From assembly GCF_018350175.1 (NCBI RefSeq), contig NC_058368.1, forward strand, positions 171,308,001-171,372,000: DNA of 64,000 nt, read 5' to 3'. Below the pieces are notes generated by a model that searched no databases, was not told where the DNA came from, and worked only from the letters and a program-made list of their open reading frames with translations. Positions 1 through 12,990 of this stretch are shown here, in pieces. This stretch comes from Felis catus. Lineage: Eukaryota. The translations under genes were made by a program, and so were the position numbers. Position 1 is the stretch's first letter. Every line of letters begins with the position of its first letter.

Positions 1-1339
1 ATTCTTGCATTTGGCCCTTACTAATTCATATTAAGAATAATAATATCCAAAAGTATAGATTCATCAACAGATTAGAGAAACATTTTTAACTGCAAAGTAA
101 ACAGCTGATCTAGGATTACTTAAGATGAGATCAGAGTTAATTATGTGTGAAGTTCCTTTACTGGAAAACATGATAATACCATTGGTAGTGACATTGTGAT
201 ATGGGATACCAAGTCAATGATGTTGTCTACCCAAACTTCCAGTTTTCTAGCATCTATATAGAGGGTGGTTTTCATTATTAGGATAAGATTATTGATTGAG
301 GTGTTTGTTTTGTTTCTTGTTTTGTTTTGTTTTCAGGTTTGTTTGTTTGTTTGTTTTGAGGAATATCATTAATAGGATATGAGTAGGAATACGAGTAACA
401 TAAAATCTCCTGGCTTTTCGATGCTTACTGAAAAGTCAGGCAGACCTGCCAGGATAGGAGTGAAGACTGGCATATTACTTCATGCTAACATCTTCCATTC
501 TGAATTTTCACCATGAAACATCCATGCATTTAAAATAAAAAGGTATAGCAAATCCACTTCAATAGGATTTTTGACTTTAGCTTTATACTCTCCCTTCCAG
601 ACCTCATCAGCTGTCTGGAAATGCCACCGAGCAGTCTAGGTTGAAAGAAGTCAAAAGCATTGATGTTTCTTGGCAAACACATATTCCTCCCTTCTGAGTT
701 TCAATCACAGCTTCAAAACCCTACGGGGTGATGCCGGGGCCCGCTTGATTTAACTTGGGATGTGACCTGTTTTAGCTCTTGTGCTGGTGACTCACTAAAC
801 ACATCTCTTTTATTAATCCTTGAATCTATTGCTATCAATCAACACTGGGGCTGAAACAGCTTTACTGAATGTCAGAAATAAACACAGTGTTTTCCTGTAA
901 GCTCAGAGGTGGGGAAAAGACGAGGGCATTGGATATATAAAACCATATGCTATATCTATTTTGCTTAGAAGGCTTAATGTTTTTAAAATCTGTCTTTTAA
1001 AAGTTGAAGCCTAAATTTTAATTGTCCCTGCTCAGGTTTTAAGGGACATAATTTGCCTACCCTAGCTCTTTTCAGGTTTCTGGTATCTATAAAGAGGTTG
1101 ATTTTCATTACTAGGACAAAATTGTTGGGTAAAGTGCTTGGTTTTTGTCGCTGTTTTTCTGCTCATGTGTTTGTTTATTTGTTTGTTTATTTGAAGGAGT
1201 TCCATTCCCATGCATTGGTTTTTCCTAAATATCCCTCCATCTCTGCTCACCATAGTTCGTAATTATAGTTACTTGAAGTCTCCTAAGATGGGAAGGGATG
1301 TGAGGACATGGTCTCTTCAACATAGAAACAAATACAGAC

Positions 1340-1547
1340 AAACTTGAATTAAATTTTCCTTTTGGTACAAATCCTAGAAAAATCTAAATAGATGTATACT
1401 CAGAAACATATAAAAAATACTTATGAAGTGTTGTTTGAAGTAGCAATAGAGAAACCACATCTGTTGATGCAGGAGTAGTGAATAAACTATAGGATATCAA
1501 AGCAAAGGAGCACTATACAGCACTTAAAGGAATGAGGTGAACCTGCA
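1340..1547 (+). mobile_element. Old L1 (L1ME-like) 3' fragment
   Basis: Degraded match to the L1 ORF2-end/3'UTR motif (gaataaactataggatatc...cactatacagcacttaaaggaatgagg). Confidence 0.45.
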
Positions 1548-1769
1548 TGTAGCAGACATTTGCCATGCCTTTGTGAGTTTCTTGTATTGATTTTGGCTAT
1601 CCAGTCTTTGGACCTATTTCTTATTTGAAGGGAATTCTTCTGTCACAAGATAGGAATGTTTGTAGATTCATCATATGACTCATCCATCCACTATGTGCCC
1701 CGTATGGATCCAGAAAAATATTCTCTATGCCAAAGCTTTTGGTATTTGGTGGAGACACCAGCATTCAGA

Positions 1770-1842
1770 ATATTTAGAAACAAGTATTAGAACAGTGCCT
1801 GCTGCGTAACAAGTGCTCAATAAATGTTACCTATTCTTATTA
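1770..1842 (+). mobile_element. MIR 3' end
   Basis: agaacagtgcctg...gtgctcaataaatgttacctattcttatt resembles the MIR 3' tail. Confidence 0.65.
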
Positions 1843-2029
1843 CCCATCCACACAGAAACCTACAGTATTAACTGGAATAATTTTGCACTGGGGAATGTGA
1901 AACTCAAACTTTTTGTAATACTGCACTCTGATTCTGAGCTAACACTAATTCTTGGGATTCAGAATATCATTGTAGTCTACTGATCAGAGTGAGAGTATAG
2001 GGAATTTGGGTTAAAAATGGATTGTTGGT

Positions 2030-2253
2030 GGGGCGCTGCGGTGGCTCAGTCAGTTGGGCATCTGACTCTTGATTTCGGCTCAGGTCATGATCTCACAGTT
2101 TGTGAGTTTGAGCCCTGCATCAGGTTCTGCACTGCCAGTGCAGAGCCTGCTTGGGATTTTCTTCCTCTCTCTCTCACTCTGCCCCTCTCCCACTCACACT
2201 TTGTGTGTGTGTATCTCTCTCTCAAAATAAATTTTTTAAAAAATTTTAAAAAA
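2030..2253 (+). mobile_element. CanSINE (SINEC)
   Basis: tRNA-like head gggcgctgcggtggctcagtc, CT-rich tract and A tail. Imperfect TSD aaaaatggattgttggt / aaaaaggggttgttggt. Confidence 0.95.
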
Positions 2254-2449
2254 GGGGTTGTTGGTAGCCTCATAAGTGGGTCCAAGAGGACTCTGAACCT
2301 ACTATGGGGTTATCTGCCATTACAAACTTGGAAGCTGAAGAACTAATATCCTTAATCAACCATAGACTTCTCACTCACTTAATATAGCTTTCTGATTCAC
2401 AGAGTAAATAATATATGAATAAGTAACAAATGAAATGTTCTGGAACACC

Positions 2450-3480
2450 TCTTCTAACAAAATATCCAACCAAAAGCTGTACTGCAATGCTGGGAACTGG
2501 CCAATGTGATATCATTAAAGCTTTGAAATATATGGATGGTGACTTCTATTTTATCACTACTTAATTCTCCAGCTCGGTTGGTCAGAGAAAGAGATGGATG
2601 GATGCTGCAGAGTAATAGTGGGAGAACATAATCCCTGAAGTAAAGTGGTTCCCAAAGCACTCTATTATCAAAAGAAGTGGATTTAAAGATGAAGTTTGAG
2701 CAATTCTGAAAGTCCAAGTAAATTGAAAAGGAGAGTTGCTTATACTTATTCTGGTCTGATTGTAGAGCTGCTTTATCATTGGGTTGGCTCTTGGAAGCTA
2801 CTGCCACCAGACTGACTATCTGGCCCATCTGACAAAACCATCCCTCTCAAGAGATGGAGGTATCACATATCCCGGGACTGGTGCCATTGCACAGTGAGTT
2901 TATTTAAAGCCCTCTTGTTCTGAGTCCACAATCACCATGAAGCTTCTGATTCCCAAGTTGTTTAACTTTTGGGAAAGAACAGACTAATGATACAAATTTC
3001 ATTCCTGAAATCATTGTATTTTTTTCCATGGCTTCTAACCATGATGAAGCTTCTCATGGAGGTTTGTCTACAGGAAAAGGTTGTGATGATCATGCTCTCA
3101 CATGCACTCCCAGGCCACATTGTAGTTATATTTTCCTTTGTTAACAAATAAAATAGCATTCTGTTGTCTACCTCAGTCATGCAAGTATTTTGGTTAGCAT
3201 GAGTCATAGTCTCAGGGCCTAGTCACTCCTGGGAAATACAAGTCACTGGGACTTCAAAAGATGACCAAATTTAGCTGGCCTCTCTTTTCAATGACACTGC
3301 ATGCAGGAGCACGTGTCCATTCAGAACATTGATTTTTTTTTTTTTTTTCAGCTGTTGGGAATATTCATTCTGTACCTGAACTCCATTTTTATTCCTTCAT
3401 CCCTATTGTATGGTAATTCAATTCCCAATTGCCCTTCTATTCCAAGGTCTTCACTACAGGTTCTAGAAGGATTTTCTGGG
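2450..3480 (-). mobile_element. Highly degraded ancient retroelement coding remnant (CR1/L3-like endonuclease region; Gypsy RT is an alternative reading)
   Basis: Minus-strand peptide fragments QNAILFVNK (3135-3163), a frameshifted ES-DH and DFRN resemble the CR1 motifs GNAILDLILTNK...ESDH...LDFRK. No intact frame. Confidence 0.35.
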
Positions 3481-4804
3481 AACCCATAGTTTTACTGATA
3501 TTGTTGTCATTGCTATTGGAGATCATGGTCATATGATGAACCTAGGCCAGGGCCCAGTGTTTCCTTCTATAGCCAGCTGTGTCTAGAAACAATTGATACT
3601 TGATGTCCATATAACTAGAAAACTGACTTCTTTATGGGTTCATGGTTTTTTTTCCCCCAGAGATACATAAGCTTATTAGTAGCTCTCCCAAGAACTCCCT
3701 GTATTTGCCTGTTACCCAAACCTGTTGGCAAAGTCAATACTCTTTATTTCCTGAGTCTTACTTAAATATATTAATCTGGATTAAATAAAGCAGTTTTCTG
3801 CTGACCTGTCAAAAATCAACCCCATAAATGATTAAACTTTTCTCAGGTCGTCTTCCAAACAAGTACTGGGTTGCCCAGAAATTTATCTTGGCAAAACTGG
3901 AACACAGAAAACTTAGGGCATGCTGGGTAGAAATCCCATCATTAATCCTCATAGAGGTCACTGAGTTTACTTGGCATTCACCTTTGGCCTTTGGCCAGTC
4001 ATGTAGCAACTTTTTCTTAGTGACAAAATAGAACCAAAGGCATTCAGGAGAGAAAAACAGAGAAGGAGGAGAAAGGGGGAATAGAGGAAACACTAAATAA
4101 AAAATACATTCCTTTGGACTTATGTATCAGAATAATGTGTTATATTCAAATACCAAATATGGGTTTAAAATTTGTTTTATATGTTATTATTTTTATAATT
4201 GGCCTACTAGGAGTAAATTTCCAAAGTGGATTTATTATACCCAAGACTTAACAGTGGTACAGCATAGAACTTTTAAAAATTGTTTTAAAAATCATTAGTT
4301 CTCCAAATCATGAGTTAGCATATGAATCAGAATAAATGGCTCACCTAAAAAAAGAAAGCTGTGTTAGAGTTTTCATATATGGTTAGTTTTTTAAAAACTA
4401 TTTTAAAGCCAAATAGCCCTATCACCTAAGATTAGATTTAGATGTATTGCATTTTAGAAAGCCACTCTTTTCAAAGCTACAAGGACCTTATGCTCCAGAA
4501 GTTAGTAAACAATCACAGTTCTTTTTTTTTATGATTTGGTTTGCTTGGAAGATGTCCCACTTTAAAAATATGCTTCAATTAGCTAATTGCTTTTTTGTGG
4601 GACACCCTATAACATCATAGTGGAAACAGCTGAATTTGTACTTACACACCTGAAATAAAATGAATTAACATATAGGATGTTTTCATTTTTCAGGCTTCCT
4701 CAACAGGAAAATTTTGTCCTAAACCAATAAAATAGAAATTTAAAAGAATATATACACAATTATATAAATATGAAAACAATAACGATAATGGAATTTACAT
4801 CTTT

Positions 4805-4870
4805 AGAAGCCATGTGGCTCATTTTGCAGATGAGGAAGCTGAGGTCAAGAGGGTTATAACTTAGACAACT
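4805..4870 (-). mobile_element. MIR core fragment
   Basis: cattttgcagatgaggaagctgaggtcaagagggtt matches the antisense MIR core. Confidence 0.7.
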
Positions 4871-5177
4871 GGTTTTAAAATAGTAAAAACATTTTCTGTC
4901 TTCTTTTAAAAATTACTCTCAAAAAAATATAAATAACAAGAAATGGATACAAAAACTTTAACTTCAGTGCAGCTAGGAGATTTCTATAACCCTAAACCAA
5001 ATATTTGAAAGCAGAGAGTGGATGGAGAAATGGTAAATGACTTACTTGGTCAACAACAGGAAAATCAAATCTACAACACTATGATACAAATGAGAAGCAA
5101 GCCATTGTGATCTTCAGATGCTGAGAAGTTGCAGGAAATGGGGGCAGCAGTCATTACAAAAGCCAGTTGAAAAGTCC

Positions 5178-5391
5178 TTTTTTTTTAAGCTTATTTATTT
5201 TTGAGAGAGAGAGAGACTGAGAGCGAATAGGGGAGGGGCAGAGAGAGAGAGAGTGAGAGAATTCCAAGCAGGCTCTGGACGGCCAGCACAGAGCCTGATG
5301 TGGGACTCGAACTCATGAACCCATGAGATCATGACCTGAGCTGAAACCAAGAGTCAGACACTTCACCAACTGAGACACCCCCGATGCCCCC
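5178..5391 (-). mobile_element. CanSINE
   Basis: Antisense SINEC body; TSD gttgaaaagtc at 5166-5176 and 5393-5403. Confidence 0.95.
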
Positions 5392-5811
5392 GGTTGAAAA
5401 GTCTTTATCACGAAGCAGCGAGCACTTCAGGTCCCCACCTCTATAACCAGGCAACATACCTCTTCCACCACCACTGAAATACAGAACCAGAGATCTAGAT
5501 TAGGACACCAAGCACAGAGGAGGACTGGGATGTGGTGCCTTGCTGAGCCCAGATGATTAAATTTTATCTGCATTATAGACAGTGAAACTCCCAAGCCCCT
5601 CTGCCTGCACAGATTTTGTATGCTAAAAAGCCATCATTATACCCGCCAGGCAGGAAACTGGAAGATCCTCCTTCTGAGAATTGTTTTAAATAAAAATCTA
5701 CAGAAACTCCTATCTGGAAGAAAGAGCCTGCTGGCCATCTTCTTGATATCCACCAGTCTGTAAGCCCCAGCCAGATACACAGACTCCAATCAGTATTTTG
5801 CTGCTTCTCTC

Positions 5812-6018
5812 TTTTTTTTTAACGTTTTATTTATTTTTGAGAGACACAGAGAGACAGAGAACAAGCAGGGGAGGAACAGAGAGAGAGGGAGACATAGAAT
5901 CCGAGGCAGGCTCCAGGCTCTGAGCTGTCAGCACAGAGCCTGACGCAGGGCTCAAACCCACGAACCGCAAGATCATGACCTGAGCTGAAGGTCATGACTA
6001 AGCTACCCAAGGCACCCC
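5812..6018 (-). mobile_element. CanSINE
   Basis: Antisense SINEC body; TSD ctgcttctctctt / ctgattctctctt. Confidence 0.95.
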
Positions 6019-6040
6019 TGATTCTCTCTTAAAAATAAAT

Positions 6041-6250
6041 AGTGCACCTGGGTGGCTCAGTTGGTTAAGCGTCTACCTTCGGCTCAGGTCTTGATCTTGC
6101 CGTCTGTGAGTTCAAGCCCCGCACAGCTCTGACAGCTCAGAGCCTGGGGCCTGCTTCAGATTCTGTGTCTCCCTCTCTCTGCCCCTCGCCTGCTCGCACT
6201 CTGTTTCTCTCTCTCAAAAATAAATAAATATTTTCAAAAATTAAAAATAA
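6041..6250 (+). mobile_element. CanSINE, head-to-head with the previous copy
   Basis: gcacctgggtggctcagttggttaagc head, CT tract and A tail. Confidence 0.95.
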
Positions 6251-6989
6251 ATAACTATAAACAGACAGTCAAGAGTGATCAGACATTGAGAAATGTGAAA
6301 GATGGAGACCAGATCTGCCTGAATGGGCTTTGTGATAATTATAGGAGTTGGTAAATTCACGGTGTCTGACTGAGTGAAGGTACTTATAGTGCATCCATTA
6401 GATTCTTGGATAATGTTGAATTCAAGTGTACATTTCTTCCCCTCTGAAAATAAGCAAATATTTATTTTCACAATACAACTTTAAAGGCAGAAGGAGCATT
6501 TTGTTGTGTTACTACTGCTCTCATTGTAGTTGTTGTTGTTAAATAAAGTGGAAGGATTATGTCCTTAGCAATTATGAGAGGGAGGTTTGTGGCATGGATA
6601 CTACAAAAACTGGAAAATTCCTTATCTGTAATGCAGATTCATGGATGGGTACACATCTAGCAACACAACGAGACTAAGAATCTTCAGATGCACACTCTTC
6701 ATTGTAGGTGTTTGCATCTGGAGTTATCTAGGAAACCATGAGTCAATATAAATAATTTAAAAACAGCACAACCCATAATGATATGGATTACCAACATATT
6801 TGCCCTATAACACTGAAAAAAAAAAAGATGTTTCACAATACAGTTAAAGAAAGTAAAAGTATGGCGACAGTGTTTCTAGACAGGGTGTCTGATCAGCAAT
6901 GTAAATGATAAAAGACATAAGAGTAATGTTAGATCAAAGCCCTTTTTCCTCTCTGTTACCAATCCCATCAATTTGAACACTCCCACACT

Positions 6990-7493
6990 TGTCACAGAGA
7001 CCTTTGCTGTGAACCTTTCTGTGATTGCTCATCATGCATTCTCTCTTCCTTGAGCAATGGGCCGGGTGGTACTTTTTGTCAATTCTCAGACCAGGTGGAT
7101 TATATGGAACCGGTCAGAACATTGTCCCCTGCCCTCAAGCACAGTAATTGGTTAAGCCAAGAAAACATGACCACATCAGATAGTTCCAGGCCTCTACATG
7201 AGAAATTCTTTCCTTTCTGCTACCCTTGAACATGGCAATATTAAGTCTGAGCTGCTAGGAGACCGCCCAAAGAGAAAGCCCACCTGAGAGGGAAGCCAAC
7301 TTCAGAAAAATGCAGAGCCAAGATTAACAGGCTGATTTGGTTCTGATTATATCAACATATTCGATTTAGCAATGCTGCAGACAAGAAATACCCTGGACTT
7401 TTCAGATATAGGAGCCAATGGGTTTATCTTGTTGTTTAAACCAGTTTGGATTGGATTTTCTATTGCTTGAACTAAAAAACCCTGACTAATGCA
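6990..7493 (+). mobile_element. MaLR LTR (MLT1K/L-like)
   Basis: Typical MLT 3' end ...gtttaaaccagtttggattggattttctattgcttg...ccctgactaatgca. Confidence 0.7.
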
Positions 7494-8796
7494 ATCATGA
7501 GTTTGTATAAGTATATTCAAGACACAGTATAATCTAGTCTCCTTCTTTAGATCATGTAGGCTAACCCCCCCACAGATGTCTCACATCTAAATAGTCCTCC
7601 AGCATAAATAGATATCACATTAATAATAGAGTCAAAAAGTTCTTTTTAATCTTTGATTCCCCAACATCAAGCATACTTAATGAGGGAGAAATGCTCAGTA
7701 AATATTTATCGAATGATTTAAAAATGACAGGCTGAATAGATGAATGAATAATGTAGATCCCTGACCTTGTCTAACATCAATCCTTGCAGTGTACATTCTC
7801 TGTATAGATAATTATTAATCCTAATTTAATGATTTCCAGGAATCTTTGGAAACTACCAGTAACCTACAGTGGAAAGAAAAATATTCAATTAGCTTTATCT
7901 AATGCAAATAGAATGTGTCTACAATATTCTTGGTGCGTGGTTAGGGATTGGAAAAAAGTAAGTTAAACTGGCCTGGTTCTTGTGGATATATTGATATATA
8001 TGGGGAGAGTTCTAAAGGAAATATGAATATACAACTATACATGTGCAGTTAAGTGTAATTACTTTTTCAAAAATTCCTCACATGATACTGAATCCCTTCA
8101 CAACCTTGGGAGTCCTCCTCTAAAAAATACACTAAATTCTTTGTACAAAATAATAATTGAAGTCATTCATTAAACAATTACTCTGTGCCATGCTCTATGC
8201 TAAATTCTTTATATACATTATTACTTCTTGAATTCCTCATAACAATTGTGTATGGTACAATAGAAGATAATTTATCTGAGTTTAAATACTGTAAACATTC
8301 AAATAATGCATTTATGCTTAAAAAAACGTTTTCTATGCTCATTATTTTTTACTCAAATTGTGTAATAATAGAAGATCAGTTTGCTACAATATGCTGTGCT
8401 AAGGAACAGTGTGATCTCCAAGATATAAATGACAGGCAGGTGATGACAAAGTGGACAAGGTGGTGTGGATTATTAAGGATGGTTAGAAACTGATTCTGAC
8501 AAGGCTGTTTGATGCTGTGAAAATTTTATAAATCCCCTGGAACAAAATTTATTCACTAGTGTGAAGTTACTCCAGATGTATAGGTTGGGAGAGAGCCTTG
8601 AAAATAAAGGATGGCACAACCAAGCGGAGGCTCCTGTCTGATCTTTTCCAAAGACCTACTGTATCGTTCTCTCCTGCGGCTGCTACAGAAAAGCAAATGC
8701 TGATGATTAGTTATCTTTCCAAACATCTTTCTGCAGGTGAAGAACCAATTTCATGTTTCTAAAATAAATTTGGGGCTTAAAAAAATTACTAGATGC

Positions 8797-9003
8797 TTTT
8801 TTTAAAGGTTTATTTATTTTGATAGAGTAAGCAAGGAGGAGGGGCAGAGAGAGAGAGGGAGAGAGAATCCCAAGCAAGCTCTTCACCGTCAGCGCAGAGC
8901 CTGATGGGGGTGGGGGAGGGGACTCGATTGCACAAACTGTGAGATCACGACCTGAGCCAAAATTAAGAGACAGATAATCGACAGAGCCATCCAGGCACCC
9001 CCC
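8797..9003 (-). mobile_element. CanSINE
   Basis: Antisense SINEC with an internal G-run expansion; TSD agatgctttt / agatcctttt. Confidence 0.93.
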
Positions 9004-9439
9004 AGATCCTTTTTTTAACCATTGTTTAGGAAATGAGTATGGTTTATAAAGTCTAATTTTGCAGTAAAAATTTGGTAGGCAAAATATACTAATTATATTT
9101 AATATTTACATCATTAAATACTTATATTTTATGTGATATATTTTTTCCTTTCACAGATAAACAAATATTTTCATTCAATGCAAAATATCCATAGGTATAC
9201 AATAAATTCTTTAAGTAATTAAAAGTGATAAATGAAAAAAAGTTTCTGTGGGACATCTATTCATTTTAAACTTATTTCTTAGCACACTTGACATCTCATA
9301 TACCACAAATGTCCAATTAAATGTCTTTTTTAAATCATTGTATTCCTTTAAGATATCCAAATTAAGAAATATTAACCTGGAATGAATCAGGCCCCAAGAG
9401 TCCAAGTAAATAATCTTTTACTGTAGGTATTAGAACTCA

Positions 9440-9570
9440 TGCTTTATTAATGGAAAAACTGGGGCTCAGAGAGGTTAAATAACTTTCCCAAGGTCAAATA
9501 AATAACAGCTGGCTGAACCAAAATTCAAATCTTTGTCTCTCAGATTCCAAAGCCCATGCTCCTTACTACT
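9440..9570 (-). mobile_element. MIR
   Basis: ggaaaaactggggctcagagaggttaaataactttcccaaggtc...ccaaagcccatgctc. Confidence 0.85.
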
Positions 9571-9902
9571 GTGATATATTATTCAAAAAGCAATGAATGA
9601 CCAAAGGAAATGCACTATGACTGGTCTGGCCTAGCCCATTTGGAATACAGTGCATTACACTAGATCCAGCAGTATATAATAAATTACATTAGAATGTAAC
9701 TCAATGGAATCAAGAATTTTTATCTGTCTTGTTCACTGTTGTATTTCCAGAATCTATGAGAGGTTAACTCGTTTAGCAATGAGAGGATAAAAGTATATTT
9801 GTATTTACACCACTAAAAATCTTCTTTTTTCTCATAAGCAAATCCTAAGTCACAACTCTTCCATCATGTAATTGTGAGGTGTTTTAAAATTAATAATTAT
9901 TT

Positions 9903-11885
9903 TTTCATTCAACAAATCTTATTAGGTACCTACAGTATGCTGGCATATCTAGGTATTTGAGATCCACTAGCAAACACATACATACAAAACTGCCCTCGTG
10001 GAACTTGCATTCTAGAGGGGGGGAAACACAACAAACAATAAAGCTGATAAATAACATAGTGTACTGGAAAATAACAAGTGCTATATAAAAGGAAAAAGGA
10101 AAAAGAAAAAAGAAAAAAGAGTAGGTCAAAAGTGCAGGGCTTGGGAGGCATGGGATGCAATTGTTAACATTTAATTGTGTGTCAGAGTAGATCTCCTGAG
10201 AAGGTGACACCTGTGCTTGCTTCAGTAGCATATATACAGGGAAGGTGACACTTGGGCAGAAGATGACAGAATTAGGCATGTAGAGATCTGGTGGAAGAGT
10301 CCTTCAGGCAGAGGAAACAGCCAACACAAGCCCTAAGGCAGGAATGTGACTGGCACATCTGAGCTAGAGCAAGAAGGCCATTGTGACTGGACCAGAGTGA
10401 GCAAAGGGGAGACTAAGAGGAGATGAAGTAGAAGTAGCAGAAGAACGAAGTATACAGAGTCTTGTGGCCACTGTAAGGCTGACTTTCACTCCAAATGAAA
10501 TGTGGCAGGGTTTTGAGCATAGACTGAAGGGGCCAAAAGTAGAAGCAGGGAGACCATGAGGAGTTCACTGCAGTAATCCGGGCTGGAAATAAGAGCGCCG
10601 GGGACCACGGCGGTAACAGTGGAGGTGATGAGACGTGATGAGATTTTGGATACATTTTGAAAGTAGTGTCACCATGCTTTCTTGATGAACAGAATATGGA
10701 GTGTGAAATAAAGGGAGATAATACTATGGTTTTTGGTTTAAAAAACTGCAAAGATAGAGTGGTATTAACTGGGATGGGGAACACTATAAATAGAGCAAAG
10801 TTGTTGGGGTGGAGATCATTTGTAAACATTTGTAAGAAAAAGGCATTTGGGGAAGAGATCTGAAATGGACATGCACATTTGGGAGTCATGTATAACGATG
10901 AGTTTTAAAGCCATGAAACTAGATGTTCATCAAGTCAATGAATGCAGAAAGAGAAGAGAAGAGAATTGGGAGTGAGCCTTACTTCTAGGACTCCCTAGCT
11001 AAGAAGAGACCACACAGAAAAACAAGCAAGGAGAGACCACAGGAAAAACAAGCAAGGAGAATGAAAATGAGCAGCCAGTAAAGTAGAAAACACAAAGGAA
11101 TAAAATGTATCAATGAGAAAAGGAGAAATAGCAACAGTGCCAAAGGATGCTGACAATTCAAGTAAAATAAAGATTAAGATCAGTTTTAACAGAATTGTGG
11201 AGGCAAAGTCCTGATTATAGTGGGATTAAGAGAAAGTGAGAAAGGAACAGAGACATCATCAAATAAACTCTTTTGAGGAGTTTTGTTCCAAAGAACTGGA
11301 GTGAAAGCAAAATCTCAAGGTTTTTTAAGGTAGAACTAGTAGTAGTGTTTATGTGTTTGTGAATATGACCCAGGGGAGAGAAAGAATGAAAGAAAAAAAA
11401 AAGACTGAAATCCCAGAATTCCTGGAATGTTTTTGAGTAAATTAGAGGGGCAGGATCCAGTGTATATGTTGGCTGTATGTCTGGTCATAAACAGTTCATC
11501 TCTCTAGAAACAAAAAGAAAGGCAAAGTATGTGGGGGCAGAGGAGGTGAGTGATGTGGAAGTTCTCATCGGTTTGCTTATATTTTTTTCCAGTGATTGGT
11601 GGCAGCATTAAGGGCCCACTTCAGGTCGGTAGTCATGAATTAACAGTGAAGCAAGTCAGCAGGGTAAGAGGCATTTCTTCAGCCATGTTTTTCCATGGAT
11701 GCATGTAGAGAATTGGATTTTTCCAGCGTTTTAGTTTGTAAAGGACAAAGCCAGAGATGGGCAAGGGAGTGATTATAATGATCAGCTATGAAACTAAACT
11801 TGGTGAGGAGGCAACTTAGAATGGTGAGGGGGTAAAAGACAATAAAAGGTGTTGGTAGGATCGATGGAGTGGAAGTACTGAACTT
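9903..11885 (-). mobile_element. LINE-2 (L2), ~2 kb fragment
   Basis: Starts with the antisense L2 3' end ttcattcaacaaatcttattaggtacctac and continues in purine-rich L2 antisense sequence (gggttttgagca, ttttggatacattttgaaagtag, gtgattataatgatc). Confidence 0.85.
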
Positions 11886-11965
11886 CATTATTTTAGTTTA
11901 ATCCATTTTTTCAACCATTCAATTATTTCTCAATCTTAATTCTGTTATTAAGACTATTACTTCTT

Positions 11966-12230
11966 AGGGCTCCTGGGTGGCTCAGTAAGTTGAGTGCCCA
12001 ACTCTTGATTTCAGCTTGGGTCATAATCCCAGGGTTGTGAGACTGAGCCCTGCATCAGGCTCTGCATGGAGCCTGCTTGAGATTCTCTCTCTCCCTCTGC
12101 CCCTCTCCCCTGCTCATGCTCTCTCATTTATATATGTATATATGTAAATATATATGTATATATACATATTAGTATACATATATATACATGTGTATACACA
12201 CACACATACACACACACACATATATATAAA
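11966..12230 (+). mobile_element. Older CanSINE with a tail expanded to (TA)n/(CA)n
   Basis: SINEC head and body to ~12128, then a TA/CA microsatellite. Confidence 0.92.
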
Positions 12231-12274
12231 TAATTCTCTTGGGGGGTCACATGAAAATAATGTTAAATACAGCA

Positions 12275-12560
12275 TTAAGTCAATCATTCTTTCCTCTATT
12301 CAAAAAAATTTTACAGATGGACACTAAGTACCAGATGCTATGGGATATAAAGTTAAATAAGATTGGTGTTTGATCTTAAGTATTTCACAGCCTAACTAAG
12401 GAAACAGATAAATGAGGAATCACAGAACAATGTGGTAAGTACAATGAAAAGCTACTATAGCAGGACAGAGGAGAGGCCTTCAAATTAAACCAGAGGGTAA
12501 CAGAAGACTCCTATTTGGAGGGGATTCTGAAGCAGTATTTTGAAGATCAAATAGAAATAA
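12275..12560 (-). mobile_element. L2 3' fragment
   Basis: Degraded antisense L2 end (attcaaaaaaattttacagatggacactaagtaccagatgct). Confidence 0.55.
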
Positions 12561-12699
12561 AAAAGGGGCCTTGCATGGCTCATCCAAATTATAAATGAAA
12601 ATGCTGACTGAGTTTCGGCCAACCTAAGCGTTTGAGGCATATCCCAAAAGATCACCTCCTAAATTATATAATATCACTAAGTAGCCATAACTATTCTAT

Positions 12700-12990
12700 C
12701 ACACATGGCCATTTCACCCAGCTCTGTTTACCCTGTCTTGTCCATGAAGCCTCTTTGAACAATTACTTCGAAAGTCTTGCTGAAATCAAAATGCACTCAG
12801 TTTCTCTAATCTCCTAATGTGAGGACTCTATCTAAGGGAGAGATTGGTTTGCCATTTGTTCTTAGAAAACTCATGCAGACCCTCATAATTTATCACTGAC
12901 TTTTTCCCCAACTGCTAACAAATCACTTGTTTAACATTCTGTTTTAGGATTTTGCCACTAACTGACATCAGATTCATCATTTGTAACTTG
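12700..12990 (-). mobile_element. CR1/L3 LINE reverse transcriptase remnant
   Basis: gaaagtcttgctgaaatcaaaatg reads HFDFSKTF on the minus strand, similar to the CR1 motif YLDFSKAFD. Confidence 0.65.

Noticed and set aside
9905..10889. 124-aa and 158-aa minus-strand ORFs
   Set aside because: They lie in the L2 remnant and are not a host gene.
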